Assembly (NCBI GenBank): GCA_002923395.1
Contig: BEIK01000002.1
Coordinates: 1,965 to 65,964 of the forward strand
Reading direction: 5' to 3'
Length of the DNA: 64,000 bases
DNA from: a bacterium HR34
GTDB lineage: Bacteria; Patescibacteriota; Minisyncoccia; Minisyncoccales; HRBIN34
The position numbers were made by a program, and so were the translations under genes. The number at the start of each line of letters is the position of its first letter. Position 1 is the stretch's first letter. Below the pieces are notes generated by a model. That model worked only from the letters and a program-made list of their open reading frames with translations. It did not search any database and was not told the origin of the DNA. Below are positions 9,525 to 19,166 of the stretch, one piece after another.

Positions 9525-10582
9525 ACAATTCTTCAGATAAAATATTTGACATATCTTGGGGAGCAATAATAAAGGTTTTTATAGTTATTACTGCTTTTTA
9601 TACAATTTTTTTAATAAAAGATTTGCTAATTTGGTTTGTTTTCGGCGTGGTTTTGTCTATTGTTTTTAATCCTTTAATTGATTCTCTGGAAAAGTTTAAG
9701 ATACCAAGAGTTGTTGGTGTTGTTGTTAGTTATTTTAGCGTTTTTGGTTTAATTGGCGCTTTGATTTATTTTACAATTCCAATTTTTATTTCAGAGTTGC
9801 AAAAACTTATTGCTAGTTTGCCAAATTATTTGGGCGAAATTTCTTTAATTTTACAGCCTTTTGGTATAGAAATATCAACAACTACAAACGAGTTTTTTAA
9901 CCAAGTGAAATCGTTTTTACAAGAAAGGTCTTCTGGTATATTGTCTTCTATAATGTCTTTGTTTGGAGGTTTATCTTCAACTCTTTTTGTTTTTACAATA
10001 GCAATGTTTCTTTCAATGGAACGCAATCCAATTCAAAAAGCTTTATATTTAATTTTTCCAAAAAAATACGAAAATTCAGTGGCGGTAATTTGGCAAAAAT
10101 GTAAATCAAAAGTTACAAATTGGTTTGTTGTAAGGATAATTGGAATGGTTTTTGTAGGCGCTGTTTCTTATGTTAGTTTTAGTTTGCTTGGCATAAAGTA
10201 TCCTTTAACACTTTCTTTAATATCTGGAGTTTTAGATTTTATACCGGTAATAGGACCTCTGATAGCATTTGTTATAGTTTTCTTTATGACATTGGCAGAT
10301 AATTTATTTAACGCCTTTTTAGTTGCCCTTATATTTGTTTTGGTTCAGATAATAGAAAACAATGTTTTAATTCCTATGCTCTCTGACAGATTTGTTGGTA
10401 TACCTTCTGTTTTGGTTTTAATTTCCTTGGCAATTGGCGCTAAACTTTTTGGTATGGTCGGAGCAATATTATTTGTGCCCCTCTCTGCTATTATTTATGA
10501 ATTTGCCAAAGAATTTTTAGAGCAAAGAAAAATTTTAGAAGGTGAATCAGAACAGCAAGAGTTAACCTTACCCCTAAAATAG
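9521..10582 (+). CDS. AI-2E family transporter (PerM/UPF0118-like permease)
   Basis: Multi-TM protein with the characteristic C-terminal half (VQIIENNVLIPMLSDRFVGIPSVLVLISL...). Confidence 0.7.
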   Translation: MNNSSDKIFDISWGAIIKVFIVITAFYTIFLIKDLLIWFVFGVVLSIVFNPLIDSLEKFKIPRVVGVVVSYFSVFGLIGALIYFTIPIFISELQKLIASLPNYLGEISLILQPFGIEISTTTNEFFNQVKSFLQERSSGILSSIMSLFGGLSSTLFVFTIAMFLSMERNPIQKALYLIFPKKYENSVAVIWQKCKSKVTNWFVVRIIGMVFVGAVSYVSFSLLGIKYPLTLSLISGVLDFIPVIGPLIAFVIVFFMTLADNLFNAFLVALIFVLVQIIENNVLIPMLSDRFVGIPSVLVLISLAIGAKLFGMVGAILFVPLSAIIYEFAKEFLEQRKILEGESEQQELTLPLK

Positions 10583-10646
10583 TTTTTTGTAATTTTTGAC
10601 TATATATTTATCTTCGGTATAATTAAAAAATTATATAAATAAAAAA

Positions 10647-11501
10647 ATGGAGCTAGAAAATAGTGTCTTAAATCAAAATAATAGTGAAAATAATAAAGTA
10701 GAGAGTGTTGTTACTAAAAAAGAACACAAATGTGCATGTGGTTCTTTAAAATTTGTTTTTCACTTAATTGGTATATTAATAATTTCAGCCTCAATTTTAA
10801 TAAGTTCATATATGATTTCCTCTAAAATAGAAAAGTTGAGTAGCTTGCAAATCTCTGCAAGTTCTGAGCAGAATTCTGGGCGAAATAATCAAGCCCAAAA
10901 TAACGGTGATTATGGTATTCCTAATTTTAGAACAAATAAAATTGACCCGAGCGTTATAACAGAAAATCAAGATCCTTTTATTGGAGAAAAAGACGCTTCT
11001 TTAACAATTTATTATTGGTTTGATTATCAATGTCCGTTTTGCAAAAAATTTGATTTAGAAACCCTGCCTTTAATAATACAAGACTATGTTAATAAAGGTA
11101 AAGTAAGAATAGTGTTTAAAGATTTTCAATTTTTAGGTGAAGATTCTACAACTGCTGCCTTGGTTGGAAATGCCATTTGGAATTTATATCCTGATAAATA
11201 TTTTGCATGGCATAAAAAGATGTTTGAAGTGCAGGATCAAGAAAATGGGGGATTTGGGAATATGGAATCTATAATGAACTTAATAGAAGATGAGATGCCA
11301 GGATTAGACACGAAAGCGATACAAGATTTTATAAATAAAAACAAAGAAGATATCCTCAATGAAATAAAAGAAGATATGCAAGAAGGGGCTAAGGTTGGCG
11401 TAGGGGGAACTCCATCTTTTGTTATGGGCGACGAGGCTTTCTCAGGCGCTTTGCCTTATAAAATATTTCAAATTATTATAGACAAAAAACTAAACAAGTA
11501 G
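10647..11501 (+). CDS. Membrane-anchored DsbA-like thiol:disulfide oxidoreductase
   Basis: N-terminal TM anchor, thioredoxin fold with CPFC active site and GTPSFV cis-Pro loop. Confidence 0.75.
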   Translation: MELENSVLNQNNSENNKVESVVTKKEHKCACGSLKFVFHLIGILIISASILISSYMISSKIEKLSSLQISASSEQNSGRNNQAQNNGDYGIPNFRTNKIDPSVITENQDPFIGEKDASLTIYYWFDYQCPFCKKFDLETLPLIIQDYVNKGKVRIVFKDFQFLGEDSTTAALVGNAIWNLYPDKYFAWHKKMFEVQDQENGGFGNMESIMNLIEDEMPGLDTKAIQDFINKNKEDILNEIKEDMQEGAKVGVGGTPSFVMGDEAFSGALPYKIFQIIIDKKLNK

Positions 11502-11507
11502 TTAGTT

Positions 11508-12035
11508 ATGAAAAAAGTATTTCTTTTTCTTAAAGAGACTTTTTCGAAAAGAAAATACTCTGCTACTTTTGTATTTACATCTTTTGTTGTTTTTCTTTTT
11601 TTTCTTTGGACGCCGAATTTAAGTTTTATTTTTGGTTTTCTTTCTTCGCCTGAATATACTCTACCTGATAAAATCTCTTTCTTTTTTGAGTATTTTAAAG
11701 TTTTTCCAAGTAGTTTTTCAACATTATCTCAAATTACAACAATTATAATATCTTTGCTTGTTGGTTTGAACAGCGCTTTAATAGTTAGATTTTTAGATAG
11801 TTTAAGAAAAATAGATAGGACCTGCTCAGTTAAAACAGGTGTTGGCTTTTTTGCTGGATTTTTAGGAATTGGTTGTTCTTCTTGTGGCTCATTTGTTTTA
11901 TCTTTAATCTTTGGAGCAGGAGTATCTTCAAGTATATTGGCTAATTTGCCGTTCTCAGGTCAGGAGTTTGCTTTTGCTTCCATTGCTTTGTTGTCGTTTT
12001 CTGTGATTTCTTTTTACAAAAAGTTAAGTTTTTAA
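11508..12035 (+). CDS. Hypothetical 4-TM membrane protein with intramembrane CxxC (GIGCSSCG)
   Basis: Hydrophobic 175-aa ORF 6 nt after the DsbA-like gene; three Cys (TCSV, CSSC); family not recognised. Confidence 0.5.
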   Translation: MKKVFLFLKETFSKRKYSATFVFTSFVVFLFFLWTPNLSFIFGFLSSPEYTLPDKISFFFEYFKVFPSSFSTLSQITTIIISLLVGLNSALIVRFLDSLRKIDRTCSVKTGVGFFAGFLGIGCSSCGSFVLSLIFGAGVSSSILANLPFSGQEFAFASIALLSFSVISFYKKLSF

Positions 12036-12039
12036 AACT

Positions 12040-12987
12040 ATGCAAAAAGAAAAAATATACGATGTTTTAATAGTTGGAGGAGGGCCTGCCGGAGTTGCAG
12101 CAGGAATTTACTGCGCAAGGAAAAAATTAGATACAATTTTGATTACTGATAATTTTGGTGGACAGTCTATTGTTTCTAATAAAATAGAAAACTGGATAGG
12201 TGAGATAGAAATATCAGGTTATGAACTCGCAAAAAAATTAGAGGCACATTTAAGACGTTTTTCAGATTCAATTGATATTATTACAGGCGACTTGGTTTTA
12301 AAAATAGAAAAGGAAGATTTAAGCGATAAGACAATTTTTATTTCTAAAACTCAAAAAGGAGATGTTTTTAAGAGTAAAACAGTAATAGTTTGCAGTGGTG
12401 GAAGAAGGAGAAAATTAGAGGTTCCCGGTGAAAAAAAATTTGAAGGAAAAGGTGTTTTTTATTGCGCAACATGCGACGCTCCTTTAATGAAAGATAAAAA
12501 AGTTTTGGTTGTTGGTGGTGGCAATGCTGGTTTAGAGGCTGCTCTTGAACTTTTTTCTTTTGCAAAAGAAGTTTATATAGCAGAAAGATCCGATAAATTA
12601 AAAGGAGATCCTATAACAAGAGAAAAGGTTTTGGCAAACAAAAAACTAAAAGAAATTTTTTATAATACAGAAGTCCAAGAAATTAAAGGTAATAAGTTTG
12701 TTGAAAGTGTTTTGCTCAAAAACAACAAAACAGGAGAAAGTAAAGAATTTCAAGTAGACGGAGTTTTTGTGGAAATAGGGTCTGTGCCAAATTCTGAGAT
12801 AATAGATTTCGTTGAAAAAAATAAATACGGCGAGATAATTGTTGATTCAAAATACGGCACAACATCTTTTCCAGGTATTTTTGCAGCAGGCGATGTTACA
12901 GATGATCCTTTCAAGCAAAATAATATTGCAGCTGGTGATGCCATAAAATGCGCCCTCTCTGCTTTTAATTATCTGCAAAAAGAGTAA
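12040..12987 (+). CDS. trxB: Thioredoxin-disulfide reductase
   Basis: GGGPAG FAD motif, redox-active CATCD, GGGNAGLEAA NADPH motif, AAGDV. Confidence 0.9.
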   Translation: MQKEKIYDVLIVGGGPAGVAAGIYCARKKLDTILITDNFGGQSIVSNKIENWIGEIEISGYELAKKLEAHLRRFSDSIDIITGDLVLKIEKEDLSDKTIFISKTQKGDVFKSKTVIVCSGGRRRKLEVPGEKKFEGKGVFYCATCDAPLMKDKKVLVVGGGNAGLEAALELFSFAKEVYIAERSDKLKGDPITREKVLANKKLKEIFYNTEVQEIKGNKFVESVLLKNNKTGESKEFQVDGVFVEIGSVPNSEIIDFVEKNKYGEIIVDSKYGTTSFPGIFAAGDVTDDPFKQNNIAAGDAIKCALSAFNYLQKE

Positions 12988-13056
12988 AATTTCTCTTTTT
13001 GACTTTTATTTAATTTTATTCTAAAGTAAAGTATAACCTATTTTAAAATTGCTTTT

Positions 13057-14331
13057 ATGGAAGACGTTTTATTAATAAAAGGCGGTAATAAGATAACAGG
13101 TTCTATTGAGGTGAGAGGGGCAAAAAATTCTGCCTTTGCTGTTTTGTTTGCAAGTTTGCTTACAAAAGAACCCATAATTGTCGACAATTTGCCTTTAATA
13201 GAGGATGTTTTTAGAAGTTTAGAGTTGCTAAAAAGTGTTGGCGCTGATATTGAGTGGCTTGACGAGAGAAAAGTGAGAATTCATGCAAAAAACATAGACG
13301 GCAGTAAAATTGATGATAACATAGTTTGTAAATTTAGAGGGTCTGTTTTGATGATGGGCGCCTTACTTGCAAGGGAAGGAAAGGTCTCAATGAAAACTCC
13401 TGGTGGATGTATTATTGGCGTAAGGCCAATTGATACTCATTTAGATGTTTTTTCTCAAATGGGTTGCAGAGTAGAATTTTATAAGAGAAAATACAGAATA
13501 TCTTTCAAAGGTAAAAAATATGTCCCAAAAGAAGTTATATTAAATGAGCTTAGTGTTACAGCAACTGAAAACGCAATTTTGTTTGCGAGTTCTTTACCCA
13601 AGAAAACAATAATAAAATTTGCTGACTTTGATTATCCTGTTCAATCTTTGGTGTCAGCTCTAAGGAAAGCCGGTGTTAAAATAAAATTTGTTCCAAAACA
13701 CCATACAATAGAAGTTGAGGGTTCCAAAAAAATAAAAGGTTTTAATTTTACTTTACCTCAAGACCCTCTTGAAACAGGGAGTTTTATTTTGTTGATAGCA
13801 AGCGTCAAAGGAGACGCTTTGGTGAAAAATATAAATTTAGAAATGAGCGAGCTTTTGTTAAAAAAACTTAAAAGTTTTGGTTTGGAGTTTGTCATTATTG
13901 ATAACAAACATATAAGGATTTTGCCATGGAAAACATTAAAAATAGATAAAGTACAGGCTTTGCCATATCCTGGCTTGTCGGTGGATTTGCTATCTTCTTT
14001 TGGAGTTTTGGCAACTCAGACGCCTGGCCCTACTTTGTTACATGATCCTTTGTATGAAGGAAGATTTAAATATTTGGAGGAATTAAACAAAATGGGCGCT
14101 GAAATATATTTAGCAGATCCTCATAGAGCAATTGTAAATGGTCCTTCAAAATTAGAAGGAGCTGACCTTCTAAATTATGATTTAAGGGGTGGATTTGCAC
14201 TTATAACGGCGGGTGTGATAGCAAAAGGGAAAACGACAATTAAAAATGTTTATCAGATATACAGAGGTTATGAGAATATAGAAGAAAGATTAAAAGGTTT
14301 GGGTGTAGATATAAAAACAATAAAAGTATAA
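13057..14331 (+). CDS. murA: UDP-N-acetylglucosamine 1-carboxyvinyltransferase
   Basis: EPSP/MurA fold signatures (VRGAKNS; active-site loop PGGCIIGVRPID with catalytic Cys). Confidence 0.9.
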   Translation: MEDVLLIKGGNKITGSIEVRGAKNSAFAVLFASLLTKEPIIVDNLPLIEDVFRSLELLKSVGADIEWLDERKVRIHAKNIDGSKIDDNIVCKFRGSVLMMGALLAREGKVSMKTPGGCIIGVRPIDTHLDVFSQMGCRVEFYKRKYRISFKGKKYVPKEVILNELSVTATENAILFASSLPKKTIIKFADFDYPVQSLVSALRKAGVKIKFVPKHHTIEVEGSKKIKGFNFTLPQDPLETGSFILLIASVKGDALVKNINLEMSELLLKKLKSFGLEFVIIDNKHIRILPWKTLKIDKVQALPYPGLSVDLLSSFGVLATQTPGPTLLHDPLYEGRFKYLEELNKMGAEIYLADPHRAIVNGPSKLEGADLLNYDLRGGFALITAGVIAKGKTTIKNVYQIYRGYENIEERLKGLGVDIKTIKV

Positions 14332-14336
14332 AGCAT

Positions 14337-15341
14337 ATGAGTTTTTTTATTACAAAAATAGGAATAGATTTAGGTACTTGTAATTCACGTATTTTTGTTC
14401 CAGAAAAAGGGGTAGTTTTACAGGAGCCTTCGGTTATTGCTGTGTCGGAGAAAGAAAATAAAATACTGGCGGTTGGCAATGAGGCAAAAGAGATGATAGG
14501 CAAAACTCCGGAAGACATAAATGTTTACAGGCCCCTTAAGGATGGCGTGATAGCAGATTTTAGAATAACTCATGCGATGTTTAGATACTTTTTAAAAAAG
14601 GTCTTACCACGTTATCAGTTTTTGAAACCAGAAGTTGTTGTCTCTGTTCCAGCAGGAATAAGTTCGACAGAAAAAAGGGCAGTGGCAGAGGCAGCAAGAT
14701 TGGCTGGTGCGAAAAATGTTTATTTAGTAAAGGAGCCATTGCTCGCTGCTATTGGAGCAGGTCTTCCAGTGCAAGAGTGCACAGGTAGCATGATAGTAAA
14801 CATAGGCGGAGGGACAACAGAGGTTGCGATAATATCGCTTGGAGGTTTAGTTTCTTTCCAGTCAATAAAATTTGCAGGTGATAAAATGGATTTGGCAATT
14901 GCATCTTATATTAAGAAAAAAAAGAATTTAGCAATAGGCCAGCAAACAGCAGAATTTATAAAAAAGGAAATAGGAACAGCAATTGTTGAAAAGTCGCCCA
15001 AGTTCATAGAAATAAAAGGAAACGATCTTGCAACAGGTCTTCCAAAAGCAATAAAGGTTTCTTCAAATGAAATAGCAGAAAGCATAAAAGATGTTTTAGA
15101 TGAAATTGTCAAAGCAGTAAAACAAGTTTTAAGAGATACGCCACCTGAACTTTCAGCCGATATTATAGATAAAGGAATTATTATTTCAGGAGGAGGGGCT
15201 TTATTGAGGAACATAGATACATATTTAACAAACGAAGTTCATATTCCATGCTTTGTTGCTGAGGATTCTTTTTATTGTGTGGTTAAGGGAACAGGAGAAA
15301 TAATAAAAAAATTAGACGAGTACAAAAGAAGTATATCTTAA
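14337..15341 (+). CDS. mreB: MreB-like actin homolog (paralog 1)
   Basis: Actin-fold motifs GIDLGTCNS, NIGGGTTEVAI, SGGGALL; 334 aa. Confidence 0.8.
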   Translation: MSFFITKIGIDLGTCNSRIFVPEKGVVLQEPSVIAVSEKENKILAVGNEAKEMIGKTPEDINVYRPLKDGVIADFRITHAMFRYFLKKVLPRYQFLKPEVVVSVPAGISSTEKRAVAEAARLAGAKNVYLVKEPLLAAIGAGLPVQECTGSMIVNIGGGTTEVAIISLGGLVSFQSIKFAGDKMDLAIASYIKKKKNLAIGQQTAEFIKKEIGTAIVEKSPKFIEIKGNDLATGLPKAIKVSSNEIAESIKDVLDEIVKAVKQVLRDTPPELSADIIDKGIIISGGGALLRNIDTYLTNEVHIPCFVAEDSFYCVVKGTGEIIKKLDEYKRSIS

Positions 15342-15343
15342 AG

Positions 15344-16264
15344 ATGACAATAGGACATAAAAAACAAATTGAAATACTTAACAATTTCCTTAAAAAGGGA
15401 TATATCCCTCATGCTTTTTTATTTCTTGGTCCTTCTAATATTGGAAAAACTACAGTTGCCAAATTTTTCGCCAAAAAGATTTTATGCCTTCAGAATAAAA
15501 ATAATAGTTGTAATTGTTTGAGTTGTGAGAGTTTTCAAAGGTCTTTGCATCCTGATTTTTTCATAATTGACGCTGAGACAGAAATAAAAATACGAGACAT
15601 AAAAGAAATTGAAAGTTTTTTATCAACGAAACCGTATATTAGTAAGAATAAAGTTGTTATTTTAGCAAACGCTGATTTAATGAATTTTTTTGCTCAAAAT
15701 GCTTTTTTGAAAACATTAGAAGAACCGCCTCAAAATTCCACAATAATATTAACGGCAAGCGATATTAACAAGTTTTTGCCAACAGTTCTTTCAAGATTAT
15801 TAAAAATAAAATTTTATTTAGTTGACGATAACGATATTAAAAAATCTTTGGATTTGAAAAATTTATCAAAAGAAGATGTTAATTTTGTTTTTAAAATGGC
15901 TGGTGGGAGGCCTGGTAAAATTATAGAATTAATTGAAAACAAAGAAAAACTTTTAAAGTTTAAGAGATTAGCAAAAGAGATTTTAAATTTAAAAAACAGA
16001 TCGTTAGCTCAAAGATTTAGTTATACTGCAGGTTTGATAAAAGAAATGGATATTAACAACACGAACAAAAATCAATTATTTGAATTATTAGAAATATGGA
16101 TTAGAATAATAAGATATAACCTTGTCTTGGATTTTGTAAAAGATAAGAGTTTAAATAAAAAAGAACTTTCAGCACTTTTTGCTATGGAAAAGGTTTACAG
16201 GCTTTTGAAAATGAGTAATTTAAATATAAAAATAGCGTTTAATTATTTAATGTTAAATATATGA
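15344..16264 (+). CDS. holB: DNA polymerase III delta-prime subunit
   Basis: AAA+ clamp-loader pattern (HAFLFLGPSNIGKT, Cys-rich zinc module, TVLSRL). Confidence 0.75.
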   Translation: MTIGHKKQIEILNNFLKKGYIPHAFLFLGPSNIGKTTVAKFFAKKILCLQNKNNSCNCLSCESFQRSLHPDFFIIDAETEIKIRDIKEIESFLSTKPYISKNKVVILANADLMNFFAQNAFLKTLEEPPQNSTIILTASDINKFLPTVLSRLLKIKFYLVDDNDIKKSLDLKNLSKEDVNFVFKMAGGRPGKIIELIENKEKLLKFKRLAKEILNLKNRSLAQRFSYTAGLIKEMDINNTNKNQLFELLEIWIRIIRYNLVLDFVKDKSLNKKELSALFAMEKVYRLLKMSNLNIKIAFNYLMLNI

Positions 16265-16821
16265 ATAAAATAGATGAAATAATTAAAAACTTTAATAAAA
16301 AAACAGGAGATATTATAAATTCCTTTAAAGAAGAATTAAAAAAAATAAGAACCGGAAGAGTTTCAACAGCTTTAATAGAAGATGTTATAGTTGAGGTGTC
16401 GGGTGCAAGAATGCCGCTTAAAAGTTTGGGTTCTATTAATGTTGTTGGACCAAGACAATTAAGTGTTCAACCGTGGGATAGTTCTTATTTAAAGGCAATT
16501 GAAAAGGCTTTGCAGGAGAAAAATTTAGGCTTGGTAAAGATTCAAGAAAATTTAGTTTATTTATCCTTACCAGAGTTAACTCAGGAATATAGAGAAAAGT
16601 TAATTAAAGAACTAAAGGCAATAAAAGAGCAAACAAGAGAAAAAATTAGAAGAGAAAGAGATGATGTTTTAAGGGATATTCAAAAAAAAGAGAAGGAAAA
16701 AGAAATAAGCGAAACAGACAAATTTAAAGGGAAAGAAAAAGTAGACGAGATTACAAAAGAGAGCAATGAAAAAATAGAAGAAATTTACAAACAAAAGGAG
16801 CAGGAGATAACATTGTTATAG
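16261..16821 (+). CDS. frr: Ribosome recycling factor
   Basis: RRF pattern (LKKIRTGRVSTALIEDVIVEV...), 186 aa. Confidence 0.9.
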   Translation: MNKIDEIIKNFNKKTGDIINSFKEELKKIRTGRVSTALIEDVIVEVSGARMPLKSLGSINVVGPRQLSVQPWDSSYLKAIEKALQEKNLGLVKIQENLVYLSLPELTQEYREKLIKELKAIKEQTREKIRRERDDVLRDIQKKEKEKEISETDKFKGKEKVDEITKESNEKIEEIYKQKEQEITLL

Positions 16822-16824
16822 AAT

Positions 16825-17913
16825 ATGGACATCATAAACATAATAATAGCTCTTTTAAGTTTTATATTTTTATTGGTTGCTCATGAGTTTGGACATTTTT
16901 ATATTGCTAAAAAATTTGGCATTAAAATCTTAGAGTTTGGAATTGGTTTGCCACCAAGAATAATTGGCAAAAAAATAGGCGATACAATTTATTCAATCAA
17001 CGCCATTCCTTTTGGTGCTTTTGTGAAAATGTTAGGAGAAGATCCTCAAGATGAAACAAAAGACTCTGCAAGTTTCTCCCAAAAGCCGATTTACCAAAGG
17101 ATTTTGGTTGTTTTGGGAGGAGTTTTGGCTTTTTGGATTTTAGCTTTTGTTTTGCTAAGTGCTCAAAATTTTATAGGAGCCATAAAAGTTGATAATACAG
17201 ATAAAGTAATTCCTAACTCTCGAATAATAATAGATGATGTTCTAGACAACTCTCCAGCAAAGGAAAGTGGTGTAAAACCTTTTAGTGAAATTTTATACGC
17301 AAAAGAAGATGATAAGGTTTATTACTTTAATAATGTAAAAGAATTTATAGAATTTGTTTCTAAAAGACCAAACAAAGAATTTATATTAGCAGTGAAAGAA
17401 CCAGTAGGAAAAGAAAAAGAATTTATCATAAAGCCAAGACTTTTAGAAAATGAGGGAAGAGGAATTATTGGAGTTCAAATAATAAGAACTTATTTTGAAA
17501 AAACTCCTTTACATATGGCTTTTATAAGAGGAGCGCAAGACACTTATTATTTAACCAAATCGGTTATTGTTGGAATTTATGATTTAATATCAAAAGCTTC
17601 AAAAGGGGAAAATGTGCAAGATTATGTTGCAGGACCCCCAAAGATATTTAAATTATTTACTGAGTATGCATCATCTTCTTTAACTGAATACTTGAGATTT
17701 ATTGCTGTGATAGCTATAAGTCTTGCTGTGATTAATATTCTGCCAATACCAGCCCTTGATGGAGGAAAAATTGTATTTTTAATTATAGAAGCAATAATAG
17801 GAAAGCCGGTAAATAGGGAGTGGGAGGCGAAAATAACGACATTCTTTTTCTTTTTGTTGTTAGGTTTAATAACGTGGGTTTCTGTAAAAGAAATTATTGA
17901 ATTTGTAAAATAA
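16825..17913 (+). CDS. rseP: RIP metalloprotease RseP (M50 site-2 protease)
   Basis: HEFGH zinc motif, central PDZ-like segment, NILPIPALDGG. Confidence 0.85.
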   Translation: MDIINIIIALLSFIFLLVAHEFGHFYIAKKFGIKILEFGIGLPPRIIGKKIGDTIYSINAIPFGAFVKMLGEDPQDETKDSASFSQKPIYQRILVVLGGVLAFWILAFVLLSAQNFIGAIKVDNTDKVIPNSRIIIDDVLDNSPAKESGVKPFSEILYAKEDDKVYYFNNVKEFIEFVSKRPNKEFILAVKEPVGKEKEFIIKPRLLENEGRGIIGVQIIRTYFEKTPLHMAFIRGAQDTYYLTKSVIVGIYDLISKASKGENVQDYVAGPPKIFKLFTEYASSSLTEYLRFIAVIAISLAVINILPIPALDGGKIVFLIIEAIIGKPVNREWEAKITTFFFFLLLGLITWVSVKEIIEFVK

Positions 17914-17917
17914 AAAT

Positions 17918-19162
17918 ATGCTTCAGTCAAAACTTTTTTATATAACTCAAAAAGATTTGTCAGAAAGTTTTGTGGTTCCTTCTCACAAATTTTTAGTTAA
18001 GTCAGGTTATATAGTTCAGTTGGCAGCAGGGGTGTATATTTTTACGCCTTTGGGCTGGAAAGTTCACAGAAAAATAGAAAATATTATAAGAGAAGAAATG
18101 GAAAACATTGGTGCACAAGAAATTCATATGCCAAGTTTAATAAACAAAGAGCTTTGGGAAGAGACAAACAGATGGAAGACAATAGACCCTCCTTTGTTTC
18201 AAGTTAAAGATAGGCACGATAAATTATTTGGTTTAGGATCAACTCACGAAGAAGTTATAGTTTTTTTGGCAAGAAAAAAGCAGCTATCTTACAAAGATTT
18301 GCCTTTTAGCTTGTTTCAAATACAAAATAAATTCAGAAATGAATTAAGAGCGCAGGCAGGGCTTTTAAGGACAAGAGAATTTTATATGAAAGATTTATAT
18401 AGTTTCCACAGATCTAAAGAAGATTTTAAACCATTTTATGAAAGAGTAAAAGAAGCCTATTTTAAGATATTTAAAAGATGCGGTATAAAACCAATATTAG
18501 TTGATGCTGATCCCGGAACAATAGGAGGCGAATTTTCTCATGAATTTATGGTAGAAGATGAAGTTGGCGAAGACAGAATATATTTTTGCAGAAAATGTTA
18601 TACAGGAATAAATATCGAAAAAGGAAAAGAGTTAAAATGTAAAAATTGCGGAGGTGATATGAGCTATGTTAATTCAATAGAAATAGCCCACATCTTTTAT
18701 TTGGGAGAAATATACTCCAAGAAAATGAATTTACTATTTCAAGATAAAGACGGTAGTAAAAAATATGTAATAATGGGGTGCTATGGAATTGGCTTGGGAA
18801 GGTTAATGGCTACAATTGTTCAAAAATTTTTAACAGACAAGGGAATTTTATGGCCAGATCAGATCTCTCCTTTTGATGTTCATGTAATAGAAATAAAAAG
18901 CAAAGCAAAAAAAGTTAGAGAAGTTGCGAAAAATATATATAATTTATTAAGTAAGGAAAAAATTGATGTTCTTTATGATGATAGAGAAAAATCAGCCGGA
19001 GAAAAGTTTTTTGATGCTGATTATATAGGTGTGCCAAGGAGGGTTGTTGTTTCTGAGAGAGGAGTAAAAGATAATGTTGTTGAAGTAAAAGTAAAGGATA
19101 AAATTAAAAAAGTAAAAATAAAAGATTTTAATAAAAACTTTAAAAAATATTTAAGTTTGTAA
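17918..19162 (+). CDS. proS: Prolyl-tRNA synthetase lacking the INS editing domain
   Basis: Motif 2 FRNELRAQAGLLRTREFYMKD, motif 3 GCYGIGLGRL, anticodon-binding C-terminus; only 414 aa with a CxxC...CxxC segment where INS would be. Confidence 0.85.
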   Translation: MLQSKLFYITQKDLSESFVVPSHKFLVKSGYIVQLAAGVYIFTPLGWKVHRKIENIIREEMENIGAQEIHMPSLINKELWEETNRWKTIDPPLFQVKDRHDKLFGLGSTHEEVIVFLARKKQLSYKDLPFSLFQIQNKFRNELRAQAGLLRTREFYMKDLYSFHRSKEDFKPFYERVKEAYFKIFKRCGIKPILVDADPGTIGGEFSHEFMVEDEVGEDRIYFCRKCYTGINIEKGKELKCKNCGGDMSYVNSIEIAHIFYLGEIYSKKMNLLFQDKDGSKKYVIMGCYGIGLGRLMATIVQKFLTDKGILWPDQISPFDVHVIEIKSKAKKVREVAKNIYNLLSKEKIDVLYDDREKSAGEKFFDADYIGVPRRVVVSERGVKDNVVEVKVKDKIKKVKIKDFNKNFKKYLSL

Positions 19163-19166
19163 TTTT

